A stretch of 32,000 nt of DNA from Zymomonas mobilis subsp. mobilis ATCC 10988 (GTDB taxonomy: Bacteria > Pseudomonadota > Alphaproteobacteria > Sphingomonadales > Sphingomonadaceae): contig NC_017262.1 in the NCBI RefSeq assembly GCF_000175255.2, positions 1,860,001 through 1,892,000 on the forward strand, written 5' to 3'. Of the stretch, positions 31,042-32,000 are shown one piece after another. The stretch's first letter is position 1, and every line of letters begins with the position of its first letter. The notes under the pieces were generated by a model. The model was given only the letters and a program-made list of their open reading frames with translations. It did no database searches and was not told the DNA's origin. Position numbers and translations under genes: made by a program.

Positions 31042-32000
31042 ATGAAGCGTTTCTGGGCTGATCTCCATGTTCATTCCCGTTTTGCCCGTGCCACCAGCCG
31101 TAATCTTGATCTTGAGCATCTCGCCCTAGGTTCAGCGGAAAAAGGCATCCAGCTTGTTGCAACGGGGGATTGCACCTATCCGGCATGGCGGCAGGAAATG
31201 AAAGAAAGGCTTTACGCTGAAGGGAATGGCCTGTTTCGCCTCAAGCCTGAAATCGAACGTCCCCTCATGGCAACACTGCCTTCTGGTTGCCAAAAAGAAG
31301 TCCGCTTTATTATTTCGGGCGAAATTTCGACTATTTATAAAAAAGGCGATAAAACCCGAAAAGTGCATCATCTGGTGTATCATTCTTCCTTTGATGCGGC
31401 TGATCGCTTTGCAGAAAAATTGGCAAAGATCGGAAATATTGTTTCAGATGGCCGTCCAATTCTGGGTCTAGATTCACGGGATTTACTCGAAATAACCCTA
31501 GAATCTGGAAAAGATTCATGGCTCGCGCCGGCTCATATCTGGACGCCGTGGTTTTCTGCGCTGGGATCAAAATCAGGCTTTGATTCTATCGAAGAATGTT
31601 ATGGCGACTTGGCCAGCCATATTTTCGCCGCCGAAACCGGTCTGTCATCTGATCCTGAAATGAACTGGCGCGTTTCATCGCTTGACCGTTATCGTCTAAT
31701 TTCTAGTTCTGATGCGCATTCTCCGGCAAAATTGGGACGAGAGGCCACGCTTTTTTCCTGCGAAATGGGATTCCAGCCTCTCCGCCACGCCTTGGAAACA
31801 GGCGAAGGCTATGTGGGTACCGTTGAATTCTTCCCTGAAGAAGGCAAATACCATGCCGATGGGCATCGTAATTGTCATATTCGCCTTAATCCCAAAGAAA
31901 CTTTAGCTTTGGATGGCCTCTGTCCGGTTTGTGGCAAACCTCTTACGATTGGTGTTGCCCATCGGGTCGAGATGCTAGCTGACCGCGAAGAAGCCATTCC
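31042..32000 (+). CDS. EndoQ/TIGR00375-like PHP-domain protein with zinc finger (3' partial; may continue into further domains)
   Basis: My own translation from the ATG at 31042 stays open to the window edge (319 codons). It reads MKRFWADLHVHSRFARATS...VATGDCTYPAW...SSSDAHSPAKLGREAT...EEGKYHADGHRNCH...CPVCGKPLTIGVAHRVEMLADR. This ORF is absent from the supplied track because no stop falls in the window. Confidence 0.75.
   Translation, partial: MKRFWADLHVHSRFARATSRNLDLEHLALGSAEKGIQLVATGDCTYPAWRQEMKERLYAEGNGLFRLKPEIERPLMATLPSGCQKEVRFIISGEISTIYKKGDKTRKVHHLVYHSSFDAADRFAEKLAKIGNIVSDGRPILGLDSRDLLEITLESGKDSWLAPAHIWTPWFSALGSKSGFDSIEECYGDLASHIFAAETGLSSDPEMNWRVSSLDRYRLISSSDAHSPAKLGREATLFSCEMGFQPLRHALETGEGYVGTVEFFPEEGKYHADGHRNCHIRLNPKETLALDGLCPVCGKPLTIGVAHRVEMLADREEAI

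Noticed and set aside
30962-31878. Four minus-strand ORFs of 60-83 aa (30962-31186, 31132-31383, 31331-31570, 31696-31878) and two short plus-strand ORFs.
   Set aside because: All overlap the long plus-strand frame from 31042, which has recognisable PHP/EndoQ motifs. They have no family resemblance and no start signals.

Overview
This window is a gene-dense stretch of chromosome made almost entirely of core housekeeping genes. The family content points to an alphaproteobacterium: a DUF4167 gene after prfA-prmC, an alpha-type SspB, and a monofunctional hisB-hisH-hisA-hisF-hisE block. From memory the gene order and moderately AT-rich style resemble Zymomonas mobilis or another member of Sphingomonadales, but I cannot verify that here.

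Genes, left to right:
- Plus strand: rplT, pheS, pheT, and an Atm1-like ABC exporter.
- Minus strand: a translationally coupled hisS-prfA-prmC block, followed by DUF4167.
- ppa, then a small membrane ORF and sspB.
- hisBHAFE, a HIT protein, an APC amino-acid permease, and ppc.
- A PduO-type adenosyltransferase, argB, and a YqaA/DedA protein.
- Two tandem paralogous outer-membrane beta-barrel genes.
- kdsB, kdsA, a stand-alone EAL protein, tRNA-Ser(CGA), and a dGTPase-like HD protein.
- A long ORF that runs off the right edge and is absent from the supplied ORF track. It looks like an EndoQ/TIGR00375-type PHP plus zinc-finger nuclease.

I see no mobile element, CRISPR array, or recognisable defence or toxin system, and no convincing novel multi-gene system. 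The features most worth a second look are:
- a perfect 17-copy octamer microsatellite with G-quadruplex potential, in an otherwise gene-free zone between convergent terminators;
- the OMP paralog pair, which shares an upstream motif;
- the repeat-bearing DUF4167 protein;
- the untracked EndoQ-like ORF.
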